A model generated the notes under the pieces. It ran no database searches and was not told the DNA's origin. It worked only from the letters and a program-made list of their open reading frames with translations. DNA of 64,000 nt from Microbacterium sp. GTDB lineage: Bacteria > Actinomycetota > Actinomycetes > Actinomycetales > Microbacteriaceae. A program made the position numbers and the translations under genes. The stretch covers positions 381,137 through 445,136 of the forward strand of contig NZ_JBEBSA010000002.1 in NCBI RefSeq assembly GCF_040394595.1, written 5' to 3'. Shown one piece after another: positions 18,609 to 27,992 of this stretch (positions within the stretch are counted from its first letter, which is position 1; every line of letters starts with the position of its first letter).

Positions 18609-19724
18609 TCAGCCCTTGAGCGCCTCGGAGAGCTTCACCCGGGCGCCCATGCGCAGCAGCGAGTTCTCGTAGATCTTCGCGCCGATGAGGATCGCGCCGA
18701 CGCAGCTGACCAGCAGGATGACGAGCGACACGAGCGGCTCCCACCACTGCGCCTCGCCGACGAACAGCCGCACCGGCATCCCGACCGGCGCCGAGAACGG
18801 CACGTACGAAAGGATCGTCATCACCACGGGGTTGTCGTTGAAGAAGATCACCAGGAAGTACGGCAGCATCACGAGGAACACGAGCGGCGTGGTCGTGGAG
18901 CCGATGTCCTCCTGGCGGGAGACCATCGCGGCCGCCGCCGAGTACAGCGCGGCCAGCAGCACGAAGCCGAAGAGGAAGAACACCGCGAACCAGATGATCG
19001 GTCCGCCGAGCCCTTCGAGCACGGTCGTCTGCCCCGTGACGGTGAGGCCGACCATGGCGATCGCCACGAGGGCGACGATCTGCGCCATGGCGAGTACCGT
19101 GTTGCCGAGCACCTTGCCGGCGAGCAGCGTGCGCGGTGAGATGGCCGAAAGCAGCAGCTCGACCACGCGGGTCTGCTTCTCCTCGACCACGCTCTGCGCG
19201 ATCGTGCCGCCGAAGGTCGACGCCGCCATCAGGAACACGATCCCGAAGCCGATCGCCACCAGGTAGCGCAACAGGGGGTTCGTGGTGGGCGGGCTCAGCA
19301 GCTCCACCTTCGGCGCCTTGGACAGTGCGGAGACGAGACCCGACGGGGCATCCTCCATCGCGAGGACGACGAAGTCGAAGCCGTCGCCCTGGCCGGGCAC
19401 GATGGCCGCCTTGACGTCGCCGTCGCGGACGAGCTTCTCCGCGGCGGAGCGGTCGGCGACGTCCGTCGGCGTGTAGCCGGGGAGGTTCTGCACGAGCGAT
19501 GCGGTCTCGGCGGTGACGGCGATCTTGTCCGGTGCGGGCGACTTGGTGGTGAAGCCGCCGATGAGCACGCCGGCGAGCGCGATCAGCAGCAGGATGCCGG
19601 TCGAGATCATGAACGCCTTGCTGCGCAGCTTGGACGAGATCTCGCGCTCGGCGACGAGCCACACGCCGGCGGCGGGGCTCGTGGCGGACGGGGCCGCGAC
19701 GACCGGGGGAGTCGGAGCGCTCAC
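18609..19724 (-). CDS. ABC-2 type transporter permease (NatB-like)
   Basis: 371 aa with one N-terminal TM, a large loop and a C-terminal TM bundle. It overlaps the upstream ATPase gene by 4 nt. Confidence 0.8.
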   Translation of the reverse strand: MSAPTPPVVAAPSATSPAAGVWLVAEREISSKLRSKAFMISTGILLLIALAGVLIGGFTTKSPAPDKIAVTAETASLVQNLPGYTPTDVADRSAAEKLVRDGDVKAAIVPGQGDGFDFVVLAMEDAPSGLVSALSKAPKVELLSPPTTNPLLRYLVAIGFGIVFLMAASTFGGTIAQSVVEEKQTRVVELLLSAISPRTLLAGKVLGNTVLAMAQIVALVAIAMVGLTVTGQTTVLEGLGGPIIWFAVFFLFGFVLLAALYSAAAAMVSRQEDIGSTTTPLVFLVMLPYFLVIFFNDNPVVMTILSYVPFSAPVGMPVRLFVGEAQWWEPLVSLVILLVSCVGAILIGAKIYENSLLRMGARVKLSEALKG

Positions 19725-20617
19725 TGGATGACCTCCTTGAAGATCTGGGCGAGGGACGGATGCTGCGGAGCGAACGAGGTCACGGGTCCGCGTTCGATCG
19801 CCGCGCGGAGGACGCGCTGCGCGGTCTCGGGGCCGTCTGCGTCGAACTGCGCGGAGCCGCCCTCGAAGTCGACCACGGTCACACCGGGCTCTGATCGCAG
19901 CCAGCCCGCGTCTCCCGCGGTGACCAGCTCATAGCGGCTGCCCGCGTGCTGGGCGCGCAGCGCCTCGCGGGATCCCGTGGCACGGATGGTGCCCGCGGCG
20001 ATGATGACCAGGTCGTCGCAGAGCCGCTCCACCACGTCGAGCTGATGCGAGGAGAACAGGATCGCGGTGCCCTGCGCGGCGCGCGACTGGAGCACCGAGG
20101 CCACGACGTCGACGGCGAGGGGGTCGAGGCCGGAGAACGGCTCGTCGAGGATCAGCACCTCCGGGTCGTGTACGAGCGCTGCGGCGATCTGCGCGCGCTG
20201 CTGGTTGCCGAGGGACAGCGACTCGATCGCGTCGCCGAGCCGTTCTCCGAGGCCGAGCTCGGTGAGCAGCGCGGTGGCGCGGGTGGTGGCGTCCGCCTTC
20301 TCGAAGCCGTGCAGCCGGGCGAGGTAGACCACCTGCTCGAGCACCTTCATCTTGGGGTAGAGGCCGCGCTCCTCGGGCATGTAGCCGAACCGGCGGCGGT
20401 CGGCGGCGGTCACCGGCGCGCCGTTCAGCGTGACGGAGCCCCCGTCGGAGGCGAGCACGCCGAGGATGATGCGCATGGTGGTCGTCTTGCCCGCGCCGTT
20501 GCCGCCGACGAATCCGGTCAGCCGTCCCGGGGCGACTCCGAAGCCGATGTCGTCGAGCACGCGCCGCGAGCCGTAGCTCTTGGTGACGCCGCTGAGAAGC
20601 AGGTTTCCTGAGGTCAT
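19721..20617 (-). CDS. ABC transporter ATP-binding protein (NatA-like)
   Basis: 298 aa. It has Walker A GGNGAGKTT, signature LSLGNQQR and Walker B ILDEPFSGLD. Confidence 0.9.
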   Translation of the reverse strand: MTSGNLLLSGVTKSYGSRRVLDDIGFGVAPGRLTGFVGGNGAGKTTTMRIILGVLASDGGSVTLNGAPVTAADRRRFGYMPEERGLYPKMKVLEQVVYLARLHGFEKADATTRATALLTELGLGERLGDAIESLSLGNQQRAQIAAALVHDPEVLILDEPFSGLDPLAVDVVASVLQSRAAQGTAILFSSHQLDVVERLCDDLVIIAAGTIRATGSREALRAQHAGSRYELVTAGDAGWLRSEPGVTVVDFEGGSAQFDADGPETAQRVLRAAIERGPVTSFAPQHPSLAQIFKEVIQ

Positions 20618-20707
20618 GTCCTCAGGCTAGGGATGCCGGGTGCGGGCGGACATCCCCCGCACGGCGGATTGCCGGCGAGGGGTGGTCCGCCTCGCGCCGG
20701 AGAGGGG

Positions 20708-21895
20708 TCAGCGGCGGCCGAGGCGCAGCGCGGCGCGCACGGCCAGCCCGGCCACGAGCGCCCAGAACGCGGCGCTGATGCTGAGCAGCGACACCCCCGA
20801 CGCGGCGGTGAGGAAGGTCACGACGGCGGGGATGCGCTCGGCGGGGTCGTCGATCGCCTGGTGTACCGCGGAACCGAACGCCGCGAACAGGGCGAGGCCG
20901 GCCACTGCCGGGATGACGCCCGCCGGAGCGAGCAGCACCAGGGTCGCGAACACCGCCGAGCACGCCCCGAGCGCGAGGTAGGAGAAGCCGGTGGAGACGC
21001 CGGCGACCCATCGCCGTCTCGGATCGGGGTCGGCGTCGGGCGCCGCGGCCAGCGCGGCGCTGATGGCGGCCAGGTTGATCGTGTGACCTCCGGCGGGGGC
21101 GCCGAGCGCCGTGCCCAGCCCGGTGACGAGCATCGCGGGCCGCCACGGCACCTCGTAGCCGAAGCTGCGCATGATGGCGATCCCCGGCACGTTCTGCGAC
21201 GCCATGGTGACGATGAACAGCGGCAGCGCGATGCCGATCACCCCGCCGACCGTGAAGACCGGAGCGGTGAGCTCGACCCGGGGCAGCAACAGGGCGGGGT
21301 CGACGGTGGCGCCGCGCCGGAGGATGCCGACCACGACGACGACCGCGGCGGTCACGAAGGCGAGGGGCACGGCCCAGCGCGGCGCGAGTCGCGCGAAGAC
21401 CAGCCAAGTGAGCACCACCGGCGCGACGCCCCAGGGGTTCGTCACCAGGCCGCTGATCGGCGCGAGGCAGAGCGGCAGCAGCACGCCGGCGAGCATCGCC
21501 TGGGCGATCGAGGGCGGAATCGAGGCGATCAGAGCGCCGAGCCGCGGCACCAGCGCGGTCAGCAGGATGAGCGCGGCGACCACGAGGAACGCGCCGACCG
21601 CTGCGCGCCATCCGCCCTCCACGGCGCTCGTCGCGGCGAGCAGCGCGGCGCCGGGGGTGGACCAGGCGACGGTGATCGGCATCCGGTAGCGCCAGGCCAG
21701 CACGATGCACGCGAGGCCCATCGTCACACTCGCCGCGAGCAGGCCGCTCGCGGCCTGGGCGGCGTCCGCGCCCACCGCGGAGAGCCCGGTGAGCACGACC
21801 GCGAACGAGCTGGTGAACCCGACGAGCGCGGTGACGACTCCCGCGATGACGGGACGTGACAGGGGAGCGGTCTCGGAGGCCGTGGAAGCGGTCAT
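20708..21895 (-). CDS. benE: benzoate/H+ symporter BenE family transporter
   Basis: 395 aa, polytopic. AGVVTALVGFTSSFAVVL and WSTPGAALL are typical of BenE. Confidence 0.8.
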   Translation of the reverse strand: MTASTASETAPLSRPVIAGVVTALVGFTSSFAVVLTGLSAVGADAAQAASGLLAASVTMGLACIVLAWRYRMPITVAWSTPGAALLAATSAVEGGWRAAVGAFLVVAALILLTALVPRLGALIASIPPSIAQAMLAGVLLPLCLAPISGLVTNPWGVAPVVLTWLVFARLAPRWAVPLAFVTAAVVVVVGILRRGATVDPALLLPRVELTAPVFTVGGVIGIALPLFIVTMASQNVPGIAIMRSFGYEVPWRPAMLVTGLGTALGAPAGGHTINLAAISAALAAAPDADPDPRRRWVAGVSTGFSYLALGACSAVFATLVLLAPAGVIPAVAGLALFAAFGSAVHQAIDDPAERIPAVVTFLTAASGVSLLSISAAFWALVAGLAVRAALRLGRR

Positions 21896-22037
21896 CGTGT
21901 TCCTCGGGGAGCGGGGGAGCGGATGCTACGAGGGTAGTGCTCCCGTAATGTATGCGTTGGAATAGGAATTGGAGAGGTGTCGTTGCACCGCTCAGGCCCG
22001 GCGCGAGCGCGCCGGGCGCGAACCGGAAGGAACCCCC

Positions 22038-22604
22038 GTGACCCACAGGATCGGCTACATCGTCGGCAGCATCTCGAGCACCTCGATCAACCGCCGTCTC
22101 GCGAGCGCCCTGGTGAAGCTCGCACCGGAAGGCGTGGAGCTCGTGGAGATCCCGATCTCCGGGCTCGGCTTCTACTCGCCCGACCACGACGCGGCCTACC
22201 CGCCCGAGGCGATCGCGTTCAAGAAGGCGATCGACGACGTCGACGGCGTGCTGATCGTCACCCCCGAGTACAGCCGCTCCATCCCCGGCGTGCTGAAGAA
22301 CGCGCTCGACTGGGCGGCGCGCCCCTACGGTCAGGGATCGTTCAACGGCAAGCCGACCGCGATCATCGGCGGCTCGGGCGGCGGCGTCGGCACCGCGGCC
22401 GCGCAGCAGCACCTCCGCGCGATCCTGGGGCATTACAACGCCGTGACGATGGGGCAGCCCGAGGGGTTCATCCAGATCACCCCGGGCCTCATCGCCGATG
22501 ACGGCACGGTCACCGTGCCGAGCACCGCGGAGTTCCTCGCCGGCTTCCTCCAGGCCTTCGACCTGATGATCTCCCGCGTGGAGGCCGCTCGTCGTCACGC
22601 CTGA
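22038..22604 (+). CDS. NADPH-dependent FMN reductase (ChrR/YieF-like)
   Basis: GTG start follows GGAAGG. IGYIVGSISSTSINRRL and LIVTPEYSRSIPGVLKNALDW are family signatures. Confidence 0.85.
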   Translation: MTHRIGYIVGSISSTSINRRLASALVKLAPEGVELVEIPISGLGFYSPDHDAAYPPEAIAFKKAIDDVDGVLIVTPEYSRSIPGVLKNALDWAARPYGQGSFNGKPTAIIGGSGGGVGTAAAQQHLRAILGHYNAVTMGQPEGFIQITPGLIADDGTVTVPSTAEFLAGFLQAFDLMISRVEAARRHA

Positions 22605-22638
22605 GGCGCCGGCCCCTCTGTGGAGGAGGGCCGCGTCC

Positions 22639-24513
22639 TCAGCGCAGCGTGGTGACGATCATCAGGTGGTCGGAGAGCAGCGAGTCGACCACGTGCGCAC
22701 CGGTGACGCGGAGTCCCGAGACGAACAGATGGTCGATCTGCTCGTCCGCGGGCCCGTCCGACGGCGAGGTGTAGGCGGGCCGGATGCCGGCGAGCGCATC
22801 CTCCGCGCCTGACGCGACCAGTGTGCGCCACGCCGTGGAGCCGGGCGTCGTGTTGAGGTCGCCGCCGCCGATCACCGGGCCGTCCGAGGTGCGCAGCGCG
22901 GTGGCGAAGACCTCCGCCGCGCGCCCCGTCGCGTCGAGCTCGTCCCCGTCCGGCTGGAAGTGCGTCGAGAGCACCCGCACCGGACTCCCCTTCCACTCCA
23001 CGACGGCGGTCGTGATGCCCGCGCCGGTGAGCGCGTCGAAGCGCGGATACCGCACGGACGACCCGTCGCGCACCGGCAGGCTCGTCAGCACGGCGTCTCC
23101 CCAGACGGGGTCGGAGGCGGGGCCGAAGACCGCGGTCATGCCGAGCATCCGGGCGAGGATCGCGAGCTCGTCCTGACCGCCGTTGAGCAGCCATCCTCGG
23201 TCGACCTCGCTGAGCAGCACGACCTGCGCCCCCGAGCCCCTGATCTGCGCGGCGACCGCCGCGGGGTCGAAGCGCCCGTCGATGCCATAGCCCATCCGCA
23301 GGTTGTACGCGGCGACCGTCAGCTCCTCCTCGTTCGTCCGCGTGGACGTCTGCGGGATCGTGACCAGCGGGCCGAGGAGCGCGAGCACCGCCGCCGCGAC
23401 CGCCGCGAGGCCGACGCCCGCGACCGCGCGGGCCCCGGAGTCGTCCATCCTGCGCTCGGAGGACCGCACCGCCGCATCCGTGCCGGCGCCGCGCGGGCGG
23501 GAGGCGAGCGTCCAGAGCGCGATCAGCGCGGAGGTCGCGACCAGCACCGCGTCGGCACGGTAGCCCATGTCGTAGCCCGCGTAGTAGGCGAAGAACAGCG
23601 CCGTCCACACGACCGCACCGCCGCCGGCGGCGACCGCCGTACGCCGCGCCGACGAGCCGGGGCCGGCGAAGAGCAGCAGCCGGGCCGCGGCGGAGGGACC
23701 GACGGCGAAGGCGAGCAGCGTCCACGGCGTGAGCGAGCCCGCGAACCCGTCGCGGTCGACCTCGACGAGCAGGGACACGGCGATCGACGCGACGAACAGC
23801 AGGGCGGATGCCCAGGGGCGGCGCCGCGGTGAGGGGAGCAGGGCGACCACGGCGGCCGCCCCGCAGCCGGCGACCGCCACTGCCGGCCCCCAGAACACGT
23901 CGACCGTCGATGCGCGACCGACGTTGCCGAGCGCGAGCAGGACGAGCAGGAGCACGGGAAGGAGCAGCAGAGCGGGGCGGGCCGCGATCGGCGCCGCCGG
24001 GGCGTCGGCGGCGCCGCGGACGGCGAACGCGAGCAGCGCTGCCTGTACGACGAGGAGGACGACGTCCCAGCCGTCGGCCCGCCAGACGGCGCCCCAGCCT
24101 CCGAGCATCGCGTGCGTCCCGGTGCTGAGCAGGAGCCCGAGGAACACGCTCGGCACCAGGGCGCGTCCGAGCGTCCCGGTGAGCAGGCAGAGCGCAGCGA
24201 CCGCCAGGGCCACTCCGATCGAGCTGCCGTAGAGCTGCACATCGCCGCCGCCGGGGTTCATGCGCACGGCGATCCGCATCGCGAACGCGGCGACCAGCAA
24301 CCACGCCGCCAGGCGGGGAGCCGGTCGGCGGATGCACGCCAGCAGCACGAGCGGCACGGCCATGACGGCGAGCGCAAAAGCGCCCATGACCTCGGGCGGC
24401 GTCTCGGCCGCCCGTCCGAAGAGGGTGATGAGCGATGGCGTCCACAGCCGCCACAGGTCGATGAGCAGCCAGGCGGCGACGATGCCGGTCAGGCCGAGGG
24501 AGAGCCTTCGCAT
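22639..24513 (-). CDS. membrane-anchored endonuclease/exonuclease/phosphatase (EEP) family protein
   Basis: 624 aa. An N-terminal polytopic region of about 390 aa is followed by a C-terminal EEP domain (LTVAAYNLRMG, VVLLSEVD, SDHLMIV). Confidence 0.8.
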   Translation of the reverse strand: MRRLSLGLTGIVAAWLLIDLWRLWTPSLITLFGRAAETPPEVMGAFALAVMAVPLVLLACIRRPAPRLAAWLLVAAFAMRIAVRMNPGGGDVQLYGSSIGVALAVAALCLLTGTLGRALVPSVFLGLLLSTGTHAMLGGWGAVWRADGWDVVLLVVQAALLAFAVRGAADAPAAPIAARPALLLLPVLLLVLLALGNVGRASTVDVFWGPAVAVAGCGAAAVVALLPSPRRRPWASALLFVASIAVSLLVEVDRDGFAGSLTPWTLLAFAVGPSAAARLLLFAGPGSSARRTAVAAGGGAVVWTALFFAYYAGYDMGYRADAVLVATSALIALWTLASRPRGAGTDAAVRSSERRMDDSGARAVAGVGLAAVAAAVLALLGPLVTIPQTSTRTNEEELTVAAYNLRMGYGIDGRFDPAAVAAQIRGSGAQVVLLSEVDRGWLLNGGQDELAILARMLGMTAVFGPASDPVWGDAVLTSLPVRDGSSVRYPRFDALTGAGITTAVVEWKGSPVRVLSTHFQPDGDELDATGRAAEVFATALRTSDGPVIGGGDLNTTPGSTAWRTLVASGAEDALAGIRPAYTSPSDGPADEQIDHLFVSGLRVTGAHVVDSLLSDHLMIVTTLR

Positions 24514-24567
24514 GCCCCCGAGTCTGGCCTTCCCCGTGCGCCCGCGGGAGAGGACGCGCGGACGGTG

Positions 24568-25239
24568 CTAGGACAGGCCGTGCCGGTGGGCGAGCACCAC
24601 GGCCTGCACCCGGTCCCGGGCGCCCAGCTTCTGCAGCACGCGCGACACATGCGTCTTCACGGTCGCCTCGCCGATGAACAGTGCTCCGGCGATCTCGGCA
24701 TTGCTGCGGGCATCCGCCATGAGGGCCAGCACCTCGGCCTCCCGTTCGGTGAGCGGCTCCGCGAGCACGCCGGCGCCGCCGGGCGCGGAGGGTGAGGCGG
24801 ATGCGGGCGCCGCGGTCCTCGCGAATCGGCTCAGCACCCGGCGGGTCACCTCCGGCGCCAGCATCCCGTCGCCCGACGCGAGGGCGCGCACGGCGGCGAT
24901 CAGCTCCTCGGGGCCGGCGTTCTTCAGCAGGAAGCCGCTCGCACCGGCGTCCAGCGCCTCGAAGAGGTAGTCGTCGCGATCGAACGTCGTCACGATCGCC
25001 ACGGCCGCCGCGACGTCGGGATCCGAGACGATGCGGCGGGTGGCCTCGAGCCCGTCCATGTCGGGCATCTGCACGTCCATGGTGATCACGTCGGGACGCA
25101 GCGCGAGCGCGGTATCGACCGCCTGTGCGCCGGTCGCGGCCTCGCCGACCACCTCGATGTCGGGCTGCGAGCCGAGGATCGTGCGGAAACCCGCACGCAG
25201 CATCGCGTGGTCGTCGACGAGCAGCACTCGGATCGTCAT
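24568..25239 (-). CDS. response regulator, NarL/LuxR family
   Basis: I place the start at MTIRVLLVDDHAMLR inside the track ORF. It has a receiver domain plus a LuxR HTH (LTEREAEVLALMADARSNAEIA). It overlaps the kinase gene by ATGA. Confidence 0.9.
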   Translation of the reverse strand: MTIRVLLVDDHAMLRAGFRTILGSQPDIEVVGEAATGAQAVDTALALRPDVITMDVQMPDMDGLEATRRIVSDPDVAAAVAIVTTFDRDDYLFEALDAGASGFLLKNAGPEELIAAVRALASGDGMLAPEVTRRVLSRFARTAAPASASPSAPGGAGVLAEPLTEREAEVLALMADARSNAEIAGALFIGEATVKTHVSRVLQKLGARDRVQAVVLAHRHGLS

Positions 25240-26528
25240 CGCATCCCCCTCGCCCGCGGCCGGGCGCTCTGCGCCGCGGGTGCGGCGGTCTCGGTGTGCA
25301 GCGGCACGGTCGCCCGCACCCGGAATCCTCCCTGCGGGCGCGGGGCGAGCTCGATCGTCCCCCCGGACGCCGCGATCCGCTCCCGCATCCCGAGCTGTCC
25401 GAGCCCGGGGCGCAGCGCGGTGACCGCGCGTCCGGTGTTGACGACCTCGAGCTCGACCGTGCCGCTTCCGTAGCGCACGCGCACGTCGGCGCGGGCACCG
25501 GGCCCGGCATGGCGGCGCGCGTTCGTGAGGGCCTCCTGCGCGACACGGTAGAGGTTCACGGCGATGATGCTCGGCACCGTGACCGGATCGCCGATCACGG
25601 TGTAGGCGGTGGAGAGGCCGGCGTCGGCGGACGACGACGCGAGCTGCTCGATGTCGTCGAGGGTGAAGGTCGATCCCGGCTCGTCGGTCTCGCCGCCCGG
25701 AGCGCGCAGGGTCTCGAGCAGCTGGCGGAAGTCGCCGATCGCCTCGCGGGCCGCGCCTTCGATGCCCTCGAGCATCCGCTTCGCCTGCGCGGGGTCGCTG
25801 TCGACGACGAGGCGCGCGGCGCCGGCCTGCACGCCCATCACGGAGACGTGGTGGGCGACCACGTCGTGCAGCTCGCGCGCGATGCGCACCCGGTCGAGCG
25901 CCACCGCCTGCGCGGCGTTGACCTCGCGCTCGGCCTCGAGGTCGGCGGTGCGCTGCTCGAGCACGGCCCGCTCCATCGCCGCGTTCCAGGCGCGGTCGCC
26001 GAAGTAGTAGGCGCCGCCGAAGTAGAGCCCGTTGAGCAGCAGCTGCAGCATCAGGTAGGCGAGATACGGCGAGAGCAGCCCGGCCGCGACGTCGGCCTTG
26101 TGCGCCTGGTCGATCACGTCGCGGTACATCACGATCAGCAGCCACACGAGCATCCCGACGATCACGCCGATCCGCACGAGGAACGCGCGGCGCCGGTCGT
26201 TCATCCATGCGCCGACGGTGTAGAGACCGGCGAACATGACGATGTTGCCCACGAAGAGCTCAGGGATGTGCAGCGTGACCGCGGTGAAGTACCCGAGGGC
26301 GAGCAGCACCGACACCGTGCCGGGGAAGCGTCGCCGGAAGGCGAGGGGGATCGCCATGAGGGTCACGTAGACCATCGCCGTCCAGAGGGGTCGCTGCTCG
26401 TCGCCGTAGAGCTGCGAGAGCGACGAGAGCCCCGAGCTGATCACGCCGCTGACGAGCGCGACCGCGGCGAGCAGCAGGTCGTTGCGACGATCGCGCTCGG
26501 TGGGCTCGCGGCGGAAGGGGACGGGCAT
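25236..26528 (-). CDS. sensor histidine kinase (HisKA_3 / NarL-partner type)
   Basis: I place the start at MPVPFRREP. It has N-terminal TM segments, the H-box RIARELHDVVAHH and a C-terminal HATPase region. Confidence 0.85.
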   Translation of the reverse strand: MPVPFRREPTERDRRNDLLLAAVALVSGVISSGLSSLSQLYGDEQRPLWTAMVYVTLMAIPLAFRRRFPGTVSVLLALGYFTAVTLHIPELFVGNIVMFAGLYTVGAWMNDRRRAFLVRIGVIVGMLVWLLIVMYRDVIDQAHKADVAAGLLSPYLAYLMLQLLLNGLYFGGAYYFGDRAWNAAMERAVLEQRTADLEAEREVNAAQAVALDRVRIARELHDVVAHHVSVMGVQAGAARLVVDSDPAQAKRMLEGIEGAAREAIGDFRQLLETLRAPGGETDEPGSTFTLDDIEQLASSSADAGLSTAYTVIGDPVTVPSIIAVNLYRVAQEALTNARRHAGPGARADVRVRYGSGTVELEVVNTGRAVTALRPGLGQLGMRERIAASGGTIELAPRPQGGFRVRATVPLHTETAAPAAQSARPRARGMR

Positions 26529-26603
26529 GCCCTCCACCGTATTGCGGATGCCCCGGCCGGACATCCCCCACGTGGCGGATGGTCCGGGAAGGGCCCGGGG
26601 CGG

Positions 26604-26710
26604 GTGACGTTTCGCATCCGGTGCGACGTTCTGCATCCGGTTGCTCGAGGAGACGGATGCGGGATGTCGTTTTGGATGCGGAGTGTCCGGGGTTCCGGGG
26701 CCGGATGCGA
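26604..26710. repeat. dispersed intergenic repeat, instance 2
   Basis: GTGACGTTTCGCATCCGG is at 26604 and GCGACGTTCTGCATCCGG at 26623 (period 19). They are followed by degenerate inverted copies (GGATGCGGGATGTCG, GGATGCGGAGTG, CCGGATGCGAC). Confidence 0.65.
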
Positions 26711-27904
26711 CAATCGAGCGTGCCCACCGCGCGTCCGCGTCTCGCTCCGTTGTATCTGGCCGGCTTCACCACGGCCTTCGGCGCCCACGGCATCGCCGCG
26801 GCGCTCGGCGCCGAGACCGAGGACATCGGGTGGACGCTGCTCGCCTTCGGCTTCACCCTCGCGCTCTACGACCTCGCCGAGGTGCTGCTCAAGCCGGTGT
26901 TCGGCGTGCTCAGCGATCGGATCGGGGTCCGGCCCGTGATCGTCGGCGGTCTGCTGGCCTTCGCGGCCTTCTCCCTCATCGGCGCCCTCGTCCCCGGGAT
27001 GGCGGGCATCGTCGTCGCGAGGTTCGGGCAGGGCGCCGCGGCATCCGCGTTCTCTCCGGCATCGTCGGCCGCCGTCGCGCGACTCGCCGGTGAAGGCTCG
27101 CGGGGGAGGTACTTCGGCCGCTACGGATCGTGGAAGAGCCTCGGCTACGCGCTGGGACCGCTGCTCGGCGCCCTGCTCGTCGTCGCGGGCGGGATGCCGG
27201 CGCTCTTCTGGGCGCTCGCCGCGCTGGGGATCGCCGCTGCCCTCTGGGTCGCGGTTGCCGTGCCCGCCGTGCCCGTGCTCCCGCGCAAGAGGGTCACGCT
27301 GCTCGACCTCGGACGCGAGCTCGTCGCCCCCGGCTTCCTCGTGCCGACCCTCGTGCTCGCCGCGACCACCGGGGCCCTCGCGGTCGCCGTCGGCTTCCTT
27401 CCCCTGCTCGCTCGCCAGGCCGGTCTCGGCACGGTCGGCAGCATGGCGATCGTGACCGTGCTCGCCGTGGTGTCCAGTGTGGTGCAGCCGCTCATCGGTG
27501 CGGCGCACGATCGGGGACGGCTGAGCGTTCGCGCCGGGGCGTTCGGCGGCCTGGGCCTGATCGCCGTCGGGATCGCGCTCGCCGCAGCCGTCGCCGGCGT
27601 CGCCCTCGCAGGCCCTCTGCTGCCGGCGATCCTGCTCGTCGTCACGGCGACGCTGGTGGGTGCCGGCGTGGGGATCGCGACGCCGCTCGCGTTCTCGCAC
27701 CTCGCCGCCTCGACCCCCGCGGATCGGATGGGGCGCACGATGGGGAGCGCGGAGCTCGGTCGTGAGCTCGGCGACGCCGGCGGCCCGCTCGTGGCGGGGG
27801 CGATCGGGGCGGCGTCCTTCGCCGCGTTCGGCCTCGCCGTCGTCGCGGCGCTCACGGCCGGTGCTGGGGTGCTCGCCGTACTCGGCCTCCGCCGCTCGCG
27901 TTGA
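26705..27904 (+). CDS. MFS transporter
   Basis: I chose the internal ATG (MRQSSVPTARPRLAPLYLAGF). The protein is 12-TM-like and carries the typical loop motif LSDRIGVRP. The start is uncertain (GTG at 26720 is also possible). Confidence 0.8.
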   Translation: MRQSSVPTARPRLAPLYLAGFTTAFGAHGIAAALGAETEDIGWTLLAFGFTLALYDLAEVLLKPVFGVLSDRIGVRPVIVGGLLAFAAFSLIGALVPGMAGIVVARFGQGAAASAFSPASSAAVARLAGEGSRGRYFGRYGSWKSLGYALGPLLGALLVVAGGMPALFWALAALGIAAALWVAVAVPAVPVLPRKRVTLLDLGRELVAPGFLVPTLVLAATTGALAVAVGFLPLLARQAGLGTVGSMAIVTVLAVVSSVVQPLIGAAHDRGRLSVRAGAFGGLGLIAVGIALAAAVAGVALAGPLLPAILLVVTATLVGAGVGIATPLAFSHLAASTPADRMGRTMGSAELGRELGDAGGPLVAGAIGAASFAAFGLAVVAALTAGAGVLAVLGLRRSR

Positions 27905-27905
27905 G

Positions 27906-27946
27906 ACTTGCTATTGACAAGCAAGGTTGTTTTTAGCAAGTATGGT
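27906..27946 (+). promoter_or_regulatory. AT-rich promoter/operator candidate upstream of the VOC-HxlR pair
   Basis: ACTTGCT (27906), AGCAAG (27920) and AGCAAGT (27935) form inverted-repeat half-sites around TTGACA (27914-27919). TATGGT is at 27941. Confidence 0.4.
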
Positions 27947-27992
27947 CGCATCGGGACCGGAGGAAGCGTCCCACCACGACACGGGAGTCATC

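Noticed and set aside
22595-25546. 983-aa minus-strand ORF, and similar giant ORFs at 41989..44496, 53535..56624, 58505..61180 and 3761..5884
   Set aside because: All are alternative-frame or antisense to confidently identified genes and have Arg/Pro/Gly-dominated compositions. They are artefacts of stop-codon scarcity in GC-rich DNA.
26441-27700. 419-aa minus-strand ORF rich in Arg/Glu/Asp/Gly
   Set aside because: It is antisense to the MFS transporter gene and has no recognisable domain.
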